Notes under the pieces: generated by a model
Seen by the model: the letters and a program-made list of their open reading frames with translations, nothing else
Database searches by the model: none
Told to the model about the DNA's origin: nothing
Made by a program: the position numbers and the translations under genes
In this document: positions 1-11,000 of the stretch, in pieces
How positions within the stretch are numbered: position 1 is the first letter of the stretch
How the letters are laid out: every line of letters begins with the position of its first letter
NCBI GenBank assembly: GCA_900541335.1
Contig: UQJC01000004.1
Coordinates: 3,808 to 67,807, forward strand
Reading direction: 5' to 3'
Length of the DNA: 64,000 bases
Origin: an uncultured Prevotella sp.
GTDB taxonomy: Bacteria; Bacteroidota; Bacteroidia; Bacteroidales; Bacteroidaceae

Positions 1-607
1 AGGTGTTTTGGTGAGCCTGCAAGCACAGGCCTTCGCTTACTTACAGAAATTGGACAGCGGCCACTATACGATGGACGACCTGCTCGAAATGTTGCAATTC
101 GTTCAGAAGAAACTCTTTACGAAGAATCCCGAAACGAAGTTGCTGGAAGATACCGAGTTGGCCATCTACCTGCGCAAGAAGTTGAACCGTCCGATGCGTG
201 TTTGCGGTATGGTGCGCAACGTCGGAGAGCCCGGTGGCGGTCCGTTCTTAGCTTATAATACGGACGGAACCATCTCCCTCCAGATTTTGGAGAGCTCGCA
301 GATTGATATGGCTGATGCCGAGAAGAAGGCGATGTTTGAAAAGGGCACGCACTTCAATCCGGTCGACTTGGTATGTGCCATCAAGGACTACCAGGGCCAT
401 GCCTTCCACTTGCCCGACTATGTTGACCCGAAGACGGGCTTCATCTCACACAAGAGCAAGGACGGTAAGGAACTGAAGGCACTCGAACTTCCCGGCTTGT
501 GGAACGGTGCGATGAGCGACTGGTCTACCGTGTTTGTGGAAGTTCCCTTGGAAACTTTCAATCCGGTCAAGACGGTCAACGACCTCTACCGTGAACAGCA
601 TCAGTAA
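1..607 (+). CDS. Conserved hypothetical protein, C-terminal fragment (5' end outside window), possibly DUF4301-like
   Basis: ORF is open to the window edge in frame 2, has coding-like composition and is conserved-looking (motif NVGEPGGGPF). The true N-terminus is upstream of the window. Confidence 0.5.
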   Translation, partial: GVLVSLQAQAFAYLQKLDSGHYTMDDLLEMLQFVQKKLFTKNPETKLLEDTELAIYLRKKLNRPMRVCGMVRNVGEPGGGPFLAYNTDGTISLQILESSQIDMADAEKKAMFEKGTHFNPVDLVCAIKDYQGHAFHLPDYVDPKTGFISHKSKDGKELKALELPGLWNGAMSDWSTVFVEVPLETFNPVKTVNDLYREQHQ

Positions 608-787
608 GACTTAAATCTCGGGGCGCACCCTTGTGGTACGCCCCGTACAGCCAGAAGAGTTTAGCAGCGAAAGCGCAGGATAAGGACGAAAAGGGGGCAA
701 ACACCCCGTCGCACCTCCCTCCTCCCCGCTCCTGCTAAACTCTTCGTTACGAACAATAACTCATTCATCGACTCCCCCTTCTGCCCC

Positions 788-1345
788 ATGCAACAGTCTA
801 TTCCCCTTACTCCGCTCAGCCTCTTCCTCACCTTTCTCAAGGCGGGAGGCCTCACCTTAGGCGATGGTTACGCCACGATTCACCCCGTGCGACGCGCATT
901 GGTGGAGAAATACGGATGGACGGACGAGGAAAGTTTTACGAACGACCTTGCCACGGTTCAGGCGATGCCGGGCATCTTCAACATCAACCTCGCCACCTAC
1001 CTGGGGAAACAGCTTTTGGGCTGGAAAGGCTCGTTGGCCGCTTTGGCGGGCATGGTGTTGCCGCCCTTTGTGTTGCTCCTTCTCTTTGCAACCTTCTATA
1101 ATAACTTGCGCGAATGGGCCTTCTTCCGGTCGTTTCTGATGGGAGCGCGTCCCGCCATCATCGCCTTGTTGGTGCTTTCGTGCATTCAGGTTGGCAAGAA
1201 GTCGGGCGTCACGTTGAGCACGGTTTGGATTCCCGTACTGGCAGCCATCTTGATTGGACTCTTAGGCGTTTCGCCTACCTACATCATCCTGGGACTCGCC
1301 ACACTGGGCGTGCTCTATGGCGTCATTGTGTTGAGCAAAGAATAA
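788..1345 (+). CDS. Chromate transporter (CHR family) half-size subunit 1
   Basis: 185-aa polytopic membrane protein with CHR-family motifs (FLKAGGLTLGDGYATI, NINLATYLG). It is paired with a second half-size CHR gene downstream. Confidence 0.75.
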   Translation: MQQSIPLTPLSLFLTFLKAGGLTLGDGYATIHPVRRALVEKYGWTDEESFTNDLATVQAMPGIFNINLATYLGKQLLGWKGSLAALAGMVLPPFVLLLLFATFYNNLREWAFFRSFLMGARPAIIALLVLSCIQVGKKSGVTLSTVWIPVLAAILIGLLGVSPTYIILGLATLGVLYGVIVLSKE

Positions 1346-1566
1346 CCAGGAAAGAAGCTGATTGGGGCAACTCATTCACGAGTTACAGTTGACCATTCGC
1401 TCAGCAAAGCTGTCCGTTGGGTCACCCTGCCTGTCAACAAGCTTTCGACCAAAGACCGAGCGCATTTAGCTGAACCTGACCAGCCTCGCATCCCTCTACT
1501 CCACCCCTTCAAGCGTCCTGCTAAGTAAAAGAACCTCCCTCTCCCATAACCTAACGTAGCAAACCC

Positions 1567-2139
1567 ATGCTCATCTACCTCTTTCTCTTCTTAAGTTTCA
1601 CCCAAATGGGCTTATTCGGTTTAGGCGGCAGCCTGGGCACACAGGCCCTGCTGGAACACGACCTCATCACCCTGCATAAATGGTTGACACCTGCCCAAAT
1701 GGCAGACTTGATGGTGTTTTGCCGTGTGCTCCCGGGCGGAACGGGTATCAACGCCGCTACGCTAACCGGCTATTTGGCAGCAGCCAGCCGTATGGGCTTC
1801 TGGGGATGCACGCTTGCCTCGCTCATCAGCCTGGTCAGCCTCGCGCTACCCTCGGCACTGTGGACGTACCTCTTCAGCCTATGGCAGAAGAACCAGTCGT
1901 ACAAGCATTTGTTAGACTGCGCCCTGGTGTTGCTCCGTCCGCTCGTCCCGGGCTTGATAGCTGCCGCAGCGATTTTACTAATGCGTCCCGACACGATGGG
2001 TAGCCCCGCACTGAACCCTTGGCAATTTGGTGTCAGCATCTTCCTTTTCGTTGCCACCCTGATTGGCACTTTGCTTTACCGCTTCAACGGCGGCTTTATG
2101 ATCATACTGGCAGGCATTGCCGGCTGGATATTATTCTAA
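1567..2139 (+). CDS. Chromate transporter (CHR family) half-size subunit 2
   Basis: 190-aa hydrophobic protein with a CHR-like GLFGLGGSLG motif, as in short-chain CHR pairs. An alternative start at 1606 is possible. Confidence 0.7.
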   Translation: MLIYLFLFLSFTQMGLFGLGGSLGTQALLEHDLITLHKWLTPAQMADLMVFCRVLPGGTGINAATLTGYLAAASRMGFWGCTLASLISLVSLALPSALWTYLFSLWQKNQSYKHLLDCALVLLRPLVPGLIAAAAILLMRPDTMGSPALNPWQFGVSIFLFVATLIGTLLYRFNGGFMIILAGIAGWILF

Positions 2140-2627
2140 ACACGGGCAGTTGTCCGGCTTCGTTACAGAGCAAGCGGTCTGAAAGGCATAGCCGATGACT
2201 CAGCCTGCTGTTTTCACCGCTTGGCTCCTTTCATTTCCCACAGAACAGAACAGAAAAAAACGTCGGCTCGCTTAGCCGATGCCAGAAGCAACCGAATAAT
2301 TGCCACATAGATGTAACAGCCTTCACCACAGGACGACAAAAAAAGGCATTCATTCGTACTTATTCGGAAAGCAAGGGCTTTATTCAGAATATAAGGCGTA
2401 ATTTTGCAATCGAAAATAGGTCAAAATCCCTATTTCTGCCATTCATCAGAAGAGTGATTAACTTTCGTAACATGTTAAGGAAGTTGTTCGCTTAACTTAA
2501 GGCAGTGGTCACTACCTGTTTTCATCCCTCCATTTTACAATCTATCATCTGCGTTTTTCCGCTAAGTCTGTCTGGATGCGAATTTGAACGACTTAACGGA
2601 AATCTTTTCATTCATCATCTGGTTTAA

Positions 2628-4022
2628 ATGAGCTTCAATCTTCCCAAGACAGACAAAAAACGTGTAGTCATCGTAGGCGGCGGTTTCGGCGGTTTGAAAC
2701 TGGCAAACAAACTCCGCAAGAGTAACTTCCAGGTCGTATTGATCGACCGTAACAACTACCACCAGTTTCCTCCACTGATTTACCAGATAGCTTCAGCCGG
2801 TATCGAACCGAGTTCCATCTCATTCCCCTTCCGTAAAATCTTCCAAAAACGTAAGAACTTCTTCTTCCGTATGGCGGAGGTGCGTTCTATCTTCCCTGAA
2901 CACAAGATTATTCAGACTTCTATCGGTAAGGTGAAGTATGACTACCTCGTTCTGGCAGCGGGTGCAACTACCAACTTCTTTGGCAACAAGAACGTGGAGA
3001 ACGAAGCAATGCCCATGAAGAATGTGAGCGAAGCCATGGGCTTGCGTAATGCCTTGTTGGACAACTTCGAACGTGCACTGACCTGTGCGACAGACGTTGA
3101 ACGCCAGGAGTTGCTTAACATTGTAATCGTGGGTGGTGGTGCCACGGGTGTAGAAATTGCGGGTGCACTGAGTGAAATGAAGAACTTCGTGTTGCCGAAG
3201 GACTATCCCGACCTTCCGACCTCTCTCATGCACATTTATCTCGTAGAAGCGGGTCCCCGACTCCTTCCTGCCATGAGTCCGGAATCGAGCACTAAGGTGG
3301 AACAGTACCTCCGCACGATGGGTGTCAACGTGTTGCTCAATAAGATGGTAACCGACTACAAGGATCACCACGTGATGCTCAAGGACGGAAGCTCTATCGC
3401 AACGCGTACCTTTATCTGGGTGAGTGGTATCGCCGCTCAACCGGTAGGTAACTTGGATCCTTCGCACTTGGGCCGTGGTCGCCGCATCATTGTCGACGCA
3501 TTTAACCAGGTGAAGGGACTTGACGGTGTGTTCTCTATCGGTGACCAGTGCATTATGCCTGAAGGCGATGAGAATTGGAACGGCGGTCACCCGCAGTTGG
3601 CACAGGTCGCTATTCAGCAAGGAAAGCAACTGGCCAAGAACCTCAAGCGTCTGGAGGAAGGCAAGGAGATGAAACCCTTCCACTACAAGAACCTCGGTAC
3701 GATGGCCACCGTGGGACGTAACCGCGCTGTCACCGAATTCTCGAAGATGAAGTTTGGCGGCTTCTTTGCCTGGGTACTGTGGTTGGTGGTTCACCTGCGC
3801 TCTATCCTCGGTGTGCGCAACAAGATGATTGTGCTCTTCAACTGGCTTTGGAACTACGTTTCCTATTCACAGTCTCTGCGCATGATTATCTATGCCAAGA
3901 AGGCGAAGGAGGTAATTGAGCGCGAACAGCGACTCGCTTCGACCCACTGGGGTACGGACCTGCTGAGCGAAGGTTCAGAGGATACCTCCAATAACCAATC
4001 AGCGGACAAGAAAGCACAATAA
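2628..4022 (+). CDS. ndh: Type II NADH:quinone oxidoreductase (NDH-2), FAD-dependent pyridine nucleotide-disulfide oxidoreductase
   Basis: N-terminal Rossmann motif VVIVGGGFGGLKLA and a second dinucleotide-binding motif IVIVGGGATGVEIAG. 464 aa with a C-terminal amphipathic or membrane-anchoring region. Confidence 0.85.
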   Translation: MSFNLPKTDKKRVVIVGGGFGGLKLANKLRKSNFQVVLIDRNNYHQFPPLIYQIASAGIEPSSISFPFRKIFQKRKNFFFRMAEVRSIFPEHKIIQTSIGKVKYDYLVLAAGATTNFFGNKNVENEAMPMKNVSEAMGLRNALLDNFERALTCATDVERQELLNIVIVGGGATGVEIAGALSEMKNFVLPKDYPDLPTSLMHIYLVEAGPRLLPAMSPESSTKVEQYLRTMGVNVLLNKMVTDYKDHHVMLKDGSSIATRTFIWVSGIAAQPVGNLDPSHLGRGRRIIVDAFNQVKGLDGVFSIGDQCIMPEGDENWNGGHPQLAQVAIQQGKQLAKNLKRLEEGKEMKPFHYKNLGTMATVGRNRAVTEFSKMKFGGFFAWVLWLVVHLRSILGVRNKMIVLFNWLWNYVSYSQSLRMIIYAKKAKEVIEREQRLASTHWGTDLLSEGSEDTSNNQSADKKAQ

Positions 4023-4156
4023 TTGCGACGTAATTGAGTTTAGATAACAAGACCCTGAAAGTGAACAGGTCTCCTAGGGGACTTTCCTTTCAGGGTCTTG
4101 GTCTATTTCAGACGTTACAGCTGCCTTCATATTTATCTTTTACTCATATACTCACT

Positions 4157-4606
4157 ATGATACTCTCAACCCTCGCTCAGAGCCAGCGTATCGAGGCTCT
4201 CCATCCTCGTTTTAAGGCACTCTTTGACTACATCAAAACCCACGACCTCACGAAGGTGCCTGCCGAACGCATTACGCTCGACGGTACAGACCTCTTTATT
4301 AATGTGGCGGATGCTACCCTCGTCGACGCGGCAGATCAGAAGCTCGAAGTTCACCGCGAATACATCGACATTCACTTCCCCTTCAGTGGCGAAGAAACAG
4401 TAGGTTGGACGGCACTCGAAGCTCTTCAAACAGAATCGGAAGCTGCCTTCGACACGGAAAATGACTTTGCACTCTACGCTGAACCCGCCGCTACTTACTT
4501 CACGGCACGTCCGGGCGACTTCTACATCATGTATCCCGAAGACGCACACGCTCCTATCATCGGCAAAGGCACCTTGCGCAAGGCGATTGCGAAGGTGAGA
4601 ATCTAA
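4157..4606 (+). CDS. YhcH/YjgK/YiaL family protein (DUF386, beta-galactosidase beta-subunit-like)
   Basis: 150-aa protein from an internal Met at 4157 (the six-frame ORF begins at 4034). The family-typical size and the C-terminal FYIMYPEDAHAP motif support the call. Confidence 0.6.
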   Translation: MILSTLAQSQRIEALHPRFKALFDYIKTHDLTKVPAERITLDGTDLFINVADATLVDAADQKLEVHREYIDIHFPFSGEETVGWTALEALQTESEAAFDTENDFALYAEPAATYFTARPGDFYIMYPEDAHAPIIGKGTLRKAIAKVRI

Positions 4607-4856
4607 ACGGGTAAGCTGGACGCACAGCATCGAAAGGCTGGGTGCGGACTGACCATGCCTGCCGTAGGGTGGTAAACGGTCTCATGGCCGCTCACACGAT
4701 GTTACTCCCGGACTTAGGTCGTTCAGACGCACAAAACATAGGCTTTCGACATCAGCGACAACAGACAAACAACCCCCGCAAGCTGTACATCAGCCTGCGG
4801 GGGTTGTTTGCTTCTGCCCATACGGGTGCGACCCCAAGGAATTTAGGGTGAGGAAG

Positions 4857-5996
4857 CTACACAAAGGTGAACACTTCGATAGTTGGCCAGGCTCCGAGGC
4901 GGTAAGGCACACTGCCACCGATGCCCGTTGAGACGTAGAGTTGCTGATCGCCCAGATGATAGAGTCCACCCCATTCCGGCATCAGCCATTGAGCTGGCGA
5001 AAACGAACCGATCTGCATTTGCCAGGCGTGGGTATGTCCGGCAAGAGTGAAGGGAATGTTGGTTCTGAAGACCACTTCGCTGCGCCAATGCCAGGGATCG
5101 TGTGTCAGCAGAATGGAACAAGCCTCATCGGGTATTCCCTTCATCGCCTTCTGGAGGTTACCATATTTATAGAAGTATTTACTCCCAATATTCTGAACAC
5201 CTATCACATAAAGGCTGTCATTACCGCGACGAATCACAGCGTGTTCGTCCATCAGCAGTTTCCATCCCATCATGCGCTGCGCCTTGATGATGCGTGAGAG
5301 TTCGCGCTTCTGTTCACCGATCGTCAGCCCCGGATGATACTTGCAATAATCGTGATTGCCTAAAACGGAATAGACACCGTCCTTGGCACGAAGGCGACTC
5401 AGTACGCGAATGAAGGGCCGCAACTCGTCAGAAGACGTGTTGACTAAATCGCCTGTGAAAACAATCAGGTCGGGATGCTCGGCATTGACACTGTCGACCA
5501 GTCGCTCGAGGAAGGAAGCATCCTTGCCGTAAGTACCTACGTGTAAATCGGAAATTTGCACCACGCGGTAATTGCGAAATGCTTCGGGAATGCGCTCTAA
5601 CTTGGCATGCCGACGCACCACTTGCAGATGACGCCAGCCAAAAACGGCACCAAAGAGCTGAATGGCTAACATCACTAAGGCACAAATAATGCCCACCCGC
5701 ACAAAGTTTTGCTGCACGGCGGGCTGATAGGCCGCCACCAACTTGCCTAAGAGGGAAACGAGGATAAAAACCAATTTGGGCACAGCCACACAGATAATCA
5801 ACAGGAAGGTGGCCTGCATCAGCCAGGCAACGCGCACCTGACAAACGAGTAACAACATACACAGCAAGGTGCACATTGTCGGAATAAGTACCAAGAGGGT
5901 TCGCCACACGCTGGGATAAAGGCGCGTATAGTTCCACCAAATTAAACTATCGGGGAGAATAAGAAAAATAACCAGTATAAAGAAGAACTTAAACAT
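4857..5996 (-). CDS. Membrane-anchored calcineurin-like metallophosphoesterase (YkuE-like)
   Basis: Four N-terminal TM helices followed by metallophosphoesterase motifs (ISDLHVG, GDLV, GNHD, GHTHAWQ). Confidence 0.8.
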   Translation of the reverse strand: MFKFFFILVIFLILPDSLIWWNYTRLYPSVWRTLLVLIPTMCTLLCMLLLVCQVRVAWLMQATFLLIICVAVPKLVFILVSLLGKLVAAYQPAVQQNFVRVGIICALVMLAIQLFGAVFGWRHLQVVRRHAKLERIPEAFRNYRVVQISDLHVGTYGKDASFLERLVDSVNAEHPDLIVFTGDLVNTSSDELRPFIRVLSRLRAKDGVYSVLGNHDYCKYHPGLTIGEQKRELSRIIKAQRMMGWKLLMDEHAVIRRGNDSLYVIGVQNIGSKYFYKYGNLQKAMKGIPDEACSILLTHDPWHWRSEVVFRTNIPFTLAGHTHAWQMQIGSFSPAQWLMPEWGGLYHLGDQQLYVSTGIGGSVPYRLGAWPTIEVFTFV

Positions 5997-6249
5997 GGCA
6001 AGTAATCAGATAAAGGCTGAAAGGATGGATGGATAAATAAACTAATCCTGCCGTTCAGGGAACATGGCTGTCGGCACGGCTAACAGTGCAAATATAACGG
6101 AAAAATCCCCTGATTCGTTCAAGGGATCCAACAAAAGATACCCATAGCCCCTGCTTCAGAGGCTATGGGTATCGTATCACGCTGCTTTCTTCATTGCCAG
6201 CCACATCGGCAAGCGAAGAAAGACGATGTATATTCAGCAAAATGCGGGA

Positions 6250-7335
6250 TTAAGCTTCGGAACGTTCGGGAGAAGCATCCAGCGGGTGCGCATCGAGGTG
6301 GAGTGCATCCTGTTGTTGTTCCTGCCACTTCTCGCGGGCAAATTCCTGCATGTCGGTCACCTTGTCTTTCTCATCGACAATCTCTGTACCGAGCATGGTT
6401 TCGATGACATCCTCCATGGTAACGATACCTCGGAAGCAACCGTACTCGTCGATGATAATAGAGATGTGTTCCTTCTTGGCGAGCAACTTCTCCCAGATGT
6501 TTGACACGGGTTCATTCTCGGAGAAGGTCAATACCGGACGTACAATGTCCGAAAGACGGTTGTCAAACTTATCCTCCGTCAATTTTTCGAGAATCGTCTG
6601 ACGTAACACATAGCCTCGGATGTAGTCATCATTCTCCTCATTATAAACGGGGATACGGGAATACGTGCGGTAAGCATCGTTCTGGTAAAATTCGCGGAGG
6701 GTCATGCTCTCCTCAGCCATTTCGACTACCGAGCTAGGGGTCATGATGTCGCGTGCCTTGACATCGTCCAACTTGAGAAGGTTTTGAATCATGCGATTCT
6801 CCTTCTTCTCGAAGACGCCCTCTTCAGCACCAACCGTAACCATGGCCGAAACTTCCTCGCGGCTTACGGAAAGCACCTGTTTCTTCTTTGAAAAGACACG
6901 GGTAATAACTTCCGACATCAGCACAAAGGGATAAGTAAGGATGACCAACACGTGAATCACGCGCGCGGCAGGTATCGCAAGCCCGCGCCAATACGAAGCA
7001 CCGATGGTCTTAGGGAGAATCTCGGAGAGAACAAGTATCAACATCGTGAGGACTGCCGAAGTAATGGCAAAGTAAGCCTCACCAAACACCTTCTCACTCT
7101 GTACACCGACACCGGTTGCACCCACTGTGTGGGCAATCGTATTAAGCGAGAGGATGGCAGAAATAGGTTTGTCAATGTTCTGCTTGTACTTTTTCAGGAG
7201 GGGAGCTCCAGAACGTCCTTCCTTCTCAAGCATCGAAACGAAGGACATCGGAACTGAAAGTAACACCGCTTCAAGAACGGAACAAAGAAAAGAAATACCT
7301 AATGCGGTAAATAGAAAGAGGAGTAGTAGCCCCAT
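6250..7335 (-). CDS. HlyC/CorC (CNNM) family transporter: DUF21 + tandem CBS + CorC_HlyC domains
   Basis: TM-rich DUF21 N-terminus, CBS pair and a C-terminal transporter-associated domain. The start was chosen at the internal Met (MGLLLLFLF). The ORF extends to 7500, but that N-terminal extension is Cys-rich and atypical. Confidence 0.75.
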   Translation of the reverse strand: MGLLLLFLFTALGISFLCSVLEAVLLSVPMSFVSMLEKEGRSGAPLLKKYKQNIDKPISAILSLNTIAHTVGATGVGVQSEKVFGEAYFAITSAVLTMLILVLSEILPKTIGASYWRGLAIPAARVIHVLVILTYPFVLMSEVITRVFSKKKQVLSVSREEVSAMVTVGAEEGVFEKKENRMIQNLLKLDDVKARDIMTPSSVVEMAEESMTLREFYQNDAYRTYSRIPVYNEENDDYIRGYVLRQTILEKLTEDKFDNRLSDIVRPVLTFSENEPVSNIWEKLLAKKEHISIIIDEYGCFRGIVTMEDVIETMLGTEIVDEKDKVTDMQEFAREKWQEQQQDALHLDAHPLDASPERSEA

Positions 7336-7958
7336 AGAGTGTGGAATTAGTTCAACAAATGCCCTGTCCCACGTTGTAAATGTGTTTGCGGAACCCTTTC
7401 CATCCTCGCAGGCACGTTGGAAGTGAAAAGGAGTATCGCAGGGAGCGGTATAGGGGTGTCTAACCACGCAAACACCGCATTTTTTCGATTTTGAGCGCAA
7501 AAGTACACAAAAAACGGCTGATTCTCGGGTCAGAAAGCCAAGAAAGTGCCCCCTTCACAAAAGCTTATTCGCTTGATGCCTACGAAGCAATGATATGAAA
7601 CAGTTGCACTGCGCGTGGCAAAGTAGCGAACACCTTACTACAGAATTCATATCCACGACGAACGACTGATTAAGGCTTAGCGACCAGGGAACTTGTTAAA
7701 GCTTATACAAATAAAAAGGCTAAACAGAGTAATTTCTATCTTTGCGAACTTAAATGATCGCACGACGACGTTCCTTTCTTTTTGATATTCTCTATCCCAC
7801 CATCTACCCACACGATGTGTGACACGAGGAATCGAAGCTTACGCTGTCCCTGCCCGTTGTACCATAAGCTAAAGAAACGGCTTGTACTTTGGGGCGTTCT
7901 GTAACGAGGTGGCACACTCATGCCAACTTGGCCAACCTCATACTCCAAGCATTCTCAC

Positions 7959-8010
7959 AGCACTTTTAGCCAAATCACCCACTGACTAAAAGTGCTTTTT
8001 ATTATCACTC
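7959..8010 (+). promoter_or_regulatory. Terminator-like hairpin (11-bp stem AGCACTTTTAG/CTAAAAGTGCT, 16-nt loop, U-tract) in the 5' leader 27 nt before the protease start codon; possible attenuator
   Basis: Inverted repeat at 7959-7969 and 7986-7996, followed by a T-rich tract running into the ATG at 8023. A TAnnTTTG-like -7 box (TATCTTTG) lies at 7737-7744. Confidence 0.3.
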
Positions 8011-8022
8011 TATTTTTTTACT

Positions 8023-11000
8023 ATGAAGTTCAACTTACTCGTAGGCCTGTGCTTGCCCCTGGGTGCATCGGCACAGACCGCTGACCCGCTGTCTGCAATC
8101 GACAATGCGGGAAACCGTTGCGAAGTAGTCATTCCACCGGGCTATGACACTCCCTCGCAACAACCATTCTCTATCCATCCGTTGGGTGAACCTTCGCGCT
8201 TTCCGTTACCCGAAACGAACAAACAAATCTTTGACAATGGCTATGAATATGTATACCGTCTTGCGCTTTGTGTGAGTCCGGAATACGTTAATGGCACATA
8301 TGGCGGTGACTTGACGAAAGTGCGCCAATGGGTCAGGGAGATTGGTGAATACCTCAACATGGTTTACCAACGCGACTTGGGCATCCGCTTTATTGTCATC
8401 GAAGACGACAAGTTGTTATTGACAGACTCCCCCAACTATCCCATTGAAGACAGCTATGGCACTAAAATTATCAACGAAAAGATTGGTACTGAAGCCTACG
8501 ACTGTGGCATTCTGATTCGCCCGACACACAACGGGCTGTCGGGGCGTACCCTTTTGGGTGGCGTCTACCAGTCCTATAATAAGGGTAACGCTATGGCCAA
8601 TAGCGACATGGGCACCATTGCCCACGAATTGGGTCATCTGTTCGGTGCCAAACATACGCACCAAAAGAACGATGCACTCTGTACCGAACCTGGCTATGGG
8701 CAATCCATCATGTCGTATGGCGAGCCACGCAATGCATTTGCCCTTTCGAGTGTACTGGCCATTCGTTCCCGCTTAAAATCGCAGTGTTACTATACCAGTT
8801 CAGACCGCAATCCCAACGAGATTGAAGGTGGAATACCCGAACCTGACGCGAACATTCCTTATGTAGTAAAAAGCACGTATACGAAACCAGTGCTTGACCG
8901 CCGTCAACTGCGTTCGAACTATACCATCCCCGAAGGCACAAATTTCCAGTTCTATATCCCGACTTCCAATACCTCCGCTACGTTCACATACGGAGCTCAA
9001 ACCTATGATCCAGGTGTCTACGGTTACCAAACCAATGCCCTCCAGCCGACTTACAACCTCGGGAAACATCCCTGCGTCATGTTCCAGCCGTATTATGACG
9101 AAGGGCATAACAACGAAGGCAAGACCGATGCCGTTTTGGTACCCTACTCTGATGCATTCCGTGCCGGCCGCTATCAGTTCTTGTTAGCAGCCGCCGACCA
9201 TGGCCGTTACGACATCGAACCGGTCTATCTACACATCGTCAAGGGCAAGCCCTTTAAGATGAAAACGGACATTAAGATGGACCAATTTCAGGGCAAGCCG
9301 CTAAGTCTCTCCTGGGAACCCTGTCAGGAACTTTACGGAACCGACAGCAAGGTTCGCATCCTGCTTTCCGATGACTTTGGTCAGACCTATAAATATGTAC
9401 TCGATGACAATGTACCCAATACGGGCAGTTGGAATGGGTATTGGCCGTATGTAACCATTGAAAAAACCGGTTATCGCAACTTTAGTCAGCCCATACGTGG
9501 TGGTGTCATCAAGATTGAAGTGAAGGACGAAGCGGCCTACTGCGTTTCAAAAGAGTTGCCTGCCTATTTGAATCCCAACATCACCTATGTAGGCGGTTTC
9601 TTACTGGGTGACCGCAGCACGTACGTACGCTTCAAGGACGGACCACAACCTTACCTCGAAGTAAGTGACGAGAGCCAAGTGCCTGCCCTCAGCGATCTGC
9701 AGGCTTACCACAAGAACGATACGGGTAAGACTGTTTGGGCGAAGGGCGAGGAAACCCGCGATGGCCATGTGATACGCCGCCGCTGGACAGCTTCCATCAA
9801 CGGTACTTCGAGTACTTACACCCAACTGATTGTCATCCAAGATGAAAGTCTGTTGGAACGCAAGGGACTTGAAAATCGTGCAGACGAACTTCGCCCTCAG
9901 GCCCTGGATCTCTATCGAAACAAGGGTGCCATGGGGTATCCAAAGACTGATTTGCCCGAGATGCAGGCTTTCCTAAAGGCTTATCAGGCTGTCTTTAACA
10001 CCGAAGGCAAGGTGCAGCCCGATGCGACAGACGAAAAACTCCAGCAACTGGGGCAGTCACTGATCGAACTTGCCGCCATCGGTGATGACCAAGTGGTACG
10101 TCCCGCTTCGAAGGGATATTATCGCCTGCGCAATTACCAAGACCTCTACGGCCGTGCTGCTTATTACTACTTGAAACAAGGTACCGATGCGCAAACACCC
10201 GACATTTTCACTCCTCAAGCCGAAGAAGCTACGCTGTGGCGGTGTATGGAAAGTGAAGGGAAGTTTACCTTCGTGGCTGAAGACGGCCGCAAACTATACA
10301 TCGAACAACTCATCAACCCGGGATACCGCGAAACGCTCCGACTCGATCGCGGTTACACGTGGGGAGCCTTTACGCTGGTAGACGAAACGGGAGCTTGCGG
10401 CCAGTTAAGCCAGAACGGCAATTGGGTTACGCGCAACGAGAACTATGCTTCCGACCCTCAGGGCTACCGCACGAACCGCAACAGTTTGGTATCGACCGAC
10501 TTCCAGTGGCTGAGTGTTCCTGCGGTTGAAGCAAGCACCTCTGCCGGCAAGGGGGTGTGGAATATTCTCACCGACCCGCAACGCCTCACGCTCAACGATG
10601 CTTACACCCACCTGCATGTAGGTAACTCTGTCTCGGTAAAGCAGCTGCAACTCACGCGCACCTTTGCCGACACCGAATGGCAACCGCTATACCTACCCTT
10701 TACCACCAAGGTTCAAGAGTGGATGAAACATTGTGAGGTGGCGCAAATAGACGGTCTCGCCTGGCAGGGGAACCACGCTACGGGAACACCCGCCCAAACG
10801 GTATTGGAATGGGTGAAAGTGACGGAGGGAACCTTACGGGCAAATCAACCCTACCTCATCCGTGCGAAGCAAGCTGGCACATTTACGTTCGACTTCTCTC
10901 CCACAACCGTTGAGCCTACGCTTGCATCGCGCATCGACTTGTCCCAACCTCAGGTCAAGGCTTCCCTCAACGGCAACTACGAAGTATTAACGGGTGAACA

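Noticed and set aside
2820-3794. Long antisense or alternate-frame ORFs embedded in real genes (2820..3794 in ndh; 14854..15945 and 16003..16689 in the OM receptor; 23002..23712; 27360..28301 in the aminotransferase; 29693..30292 and 30302..30742 in ribBA; 36054..36770 in hlyD; 55184..55888; 60929..61756; 61911..62588 in efp; 13555..14202; 19411..19926)
   Set aside because: Each lies wholly within a strongly supported, homology-recognisable gene on the opposite strand or another frame. The translations are compositionally odd (Arg/His/Val-rich) and lack motifs. They are typical shadow ORFs of moderately GC-rich coding sequence.
5428-5940. 170-aa ORF on minus strand overlapping the metallophosphoesterase in another frame
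   Set aside because: Same-strand alternate frame of a well-supported gene. It is Arg/Cys/Ala-rich with no motif, so it is a frame artefact.
6250-7500. Full-length 416-aa reading of the CorC/HlyC gene including a Cys-rich 55-aa N-terminal extension
   Set aside because: Family members begin with the DUF21 transmembrane segment. The extension (MRSKSKKCGVCVVRHPY…) has no counterpart in the family, so the internal Met at 7335 was preferred. The longer form is not excluded.
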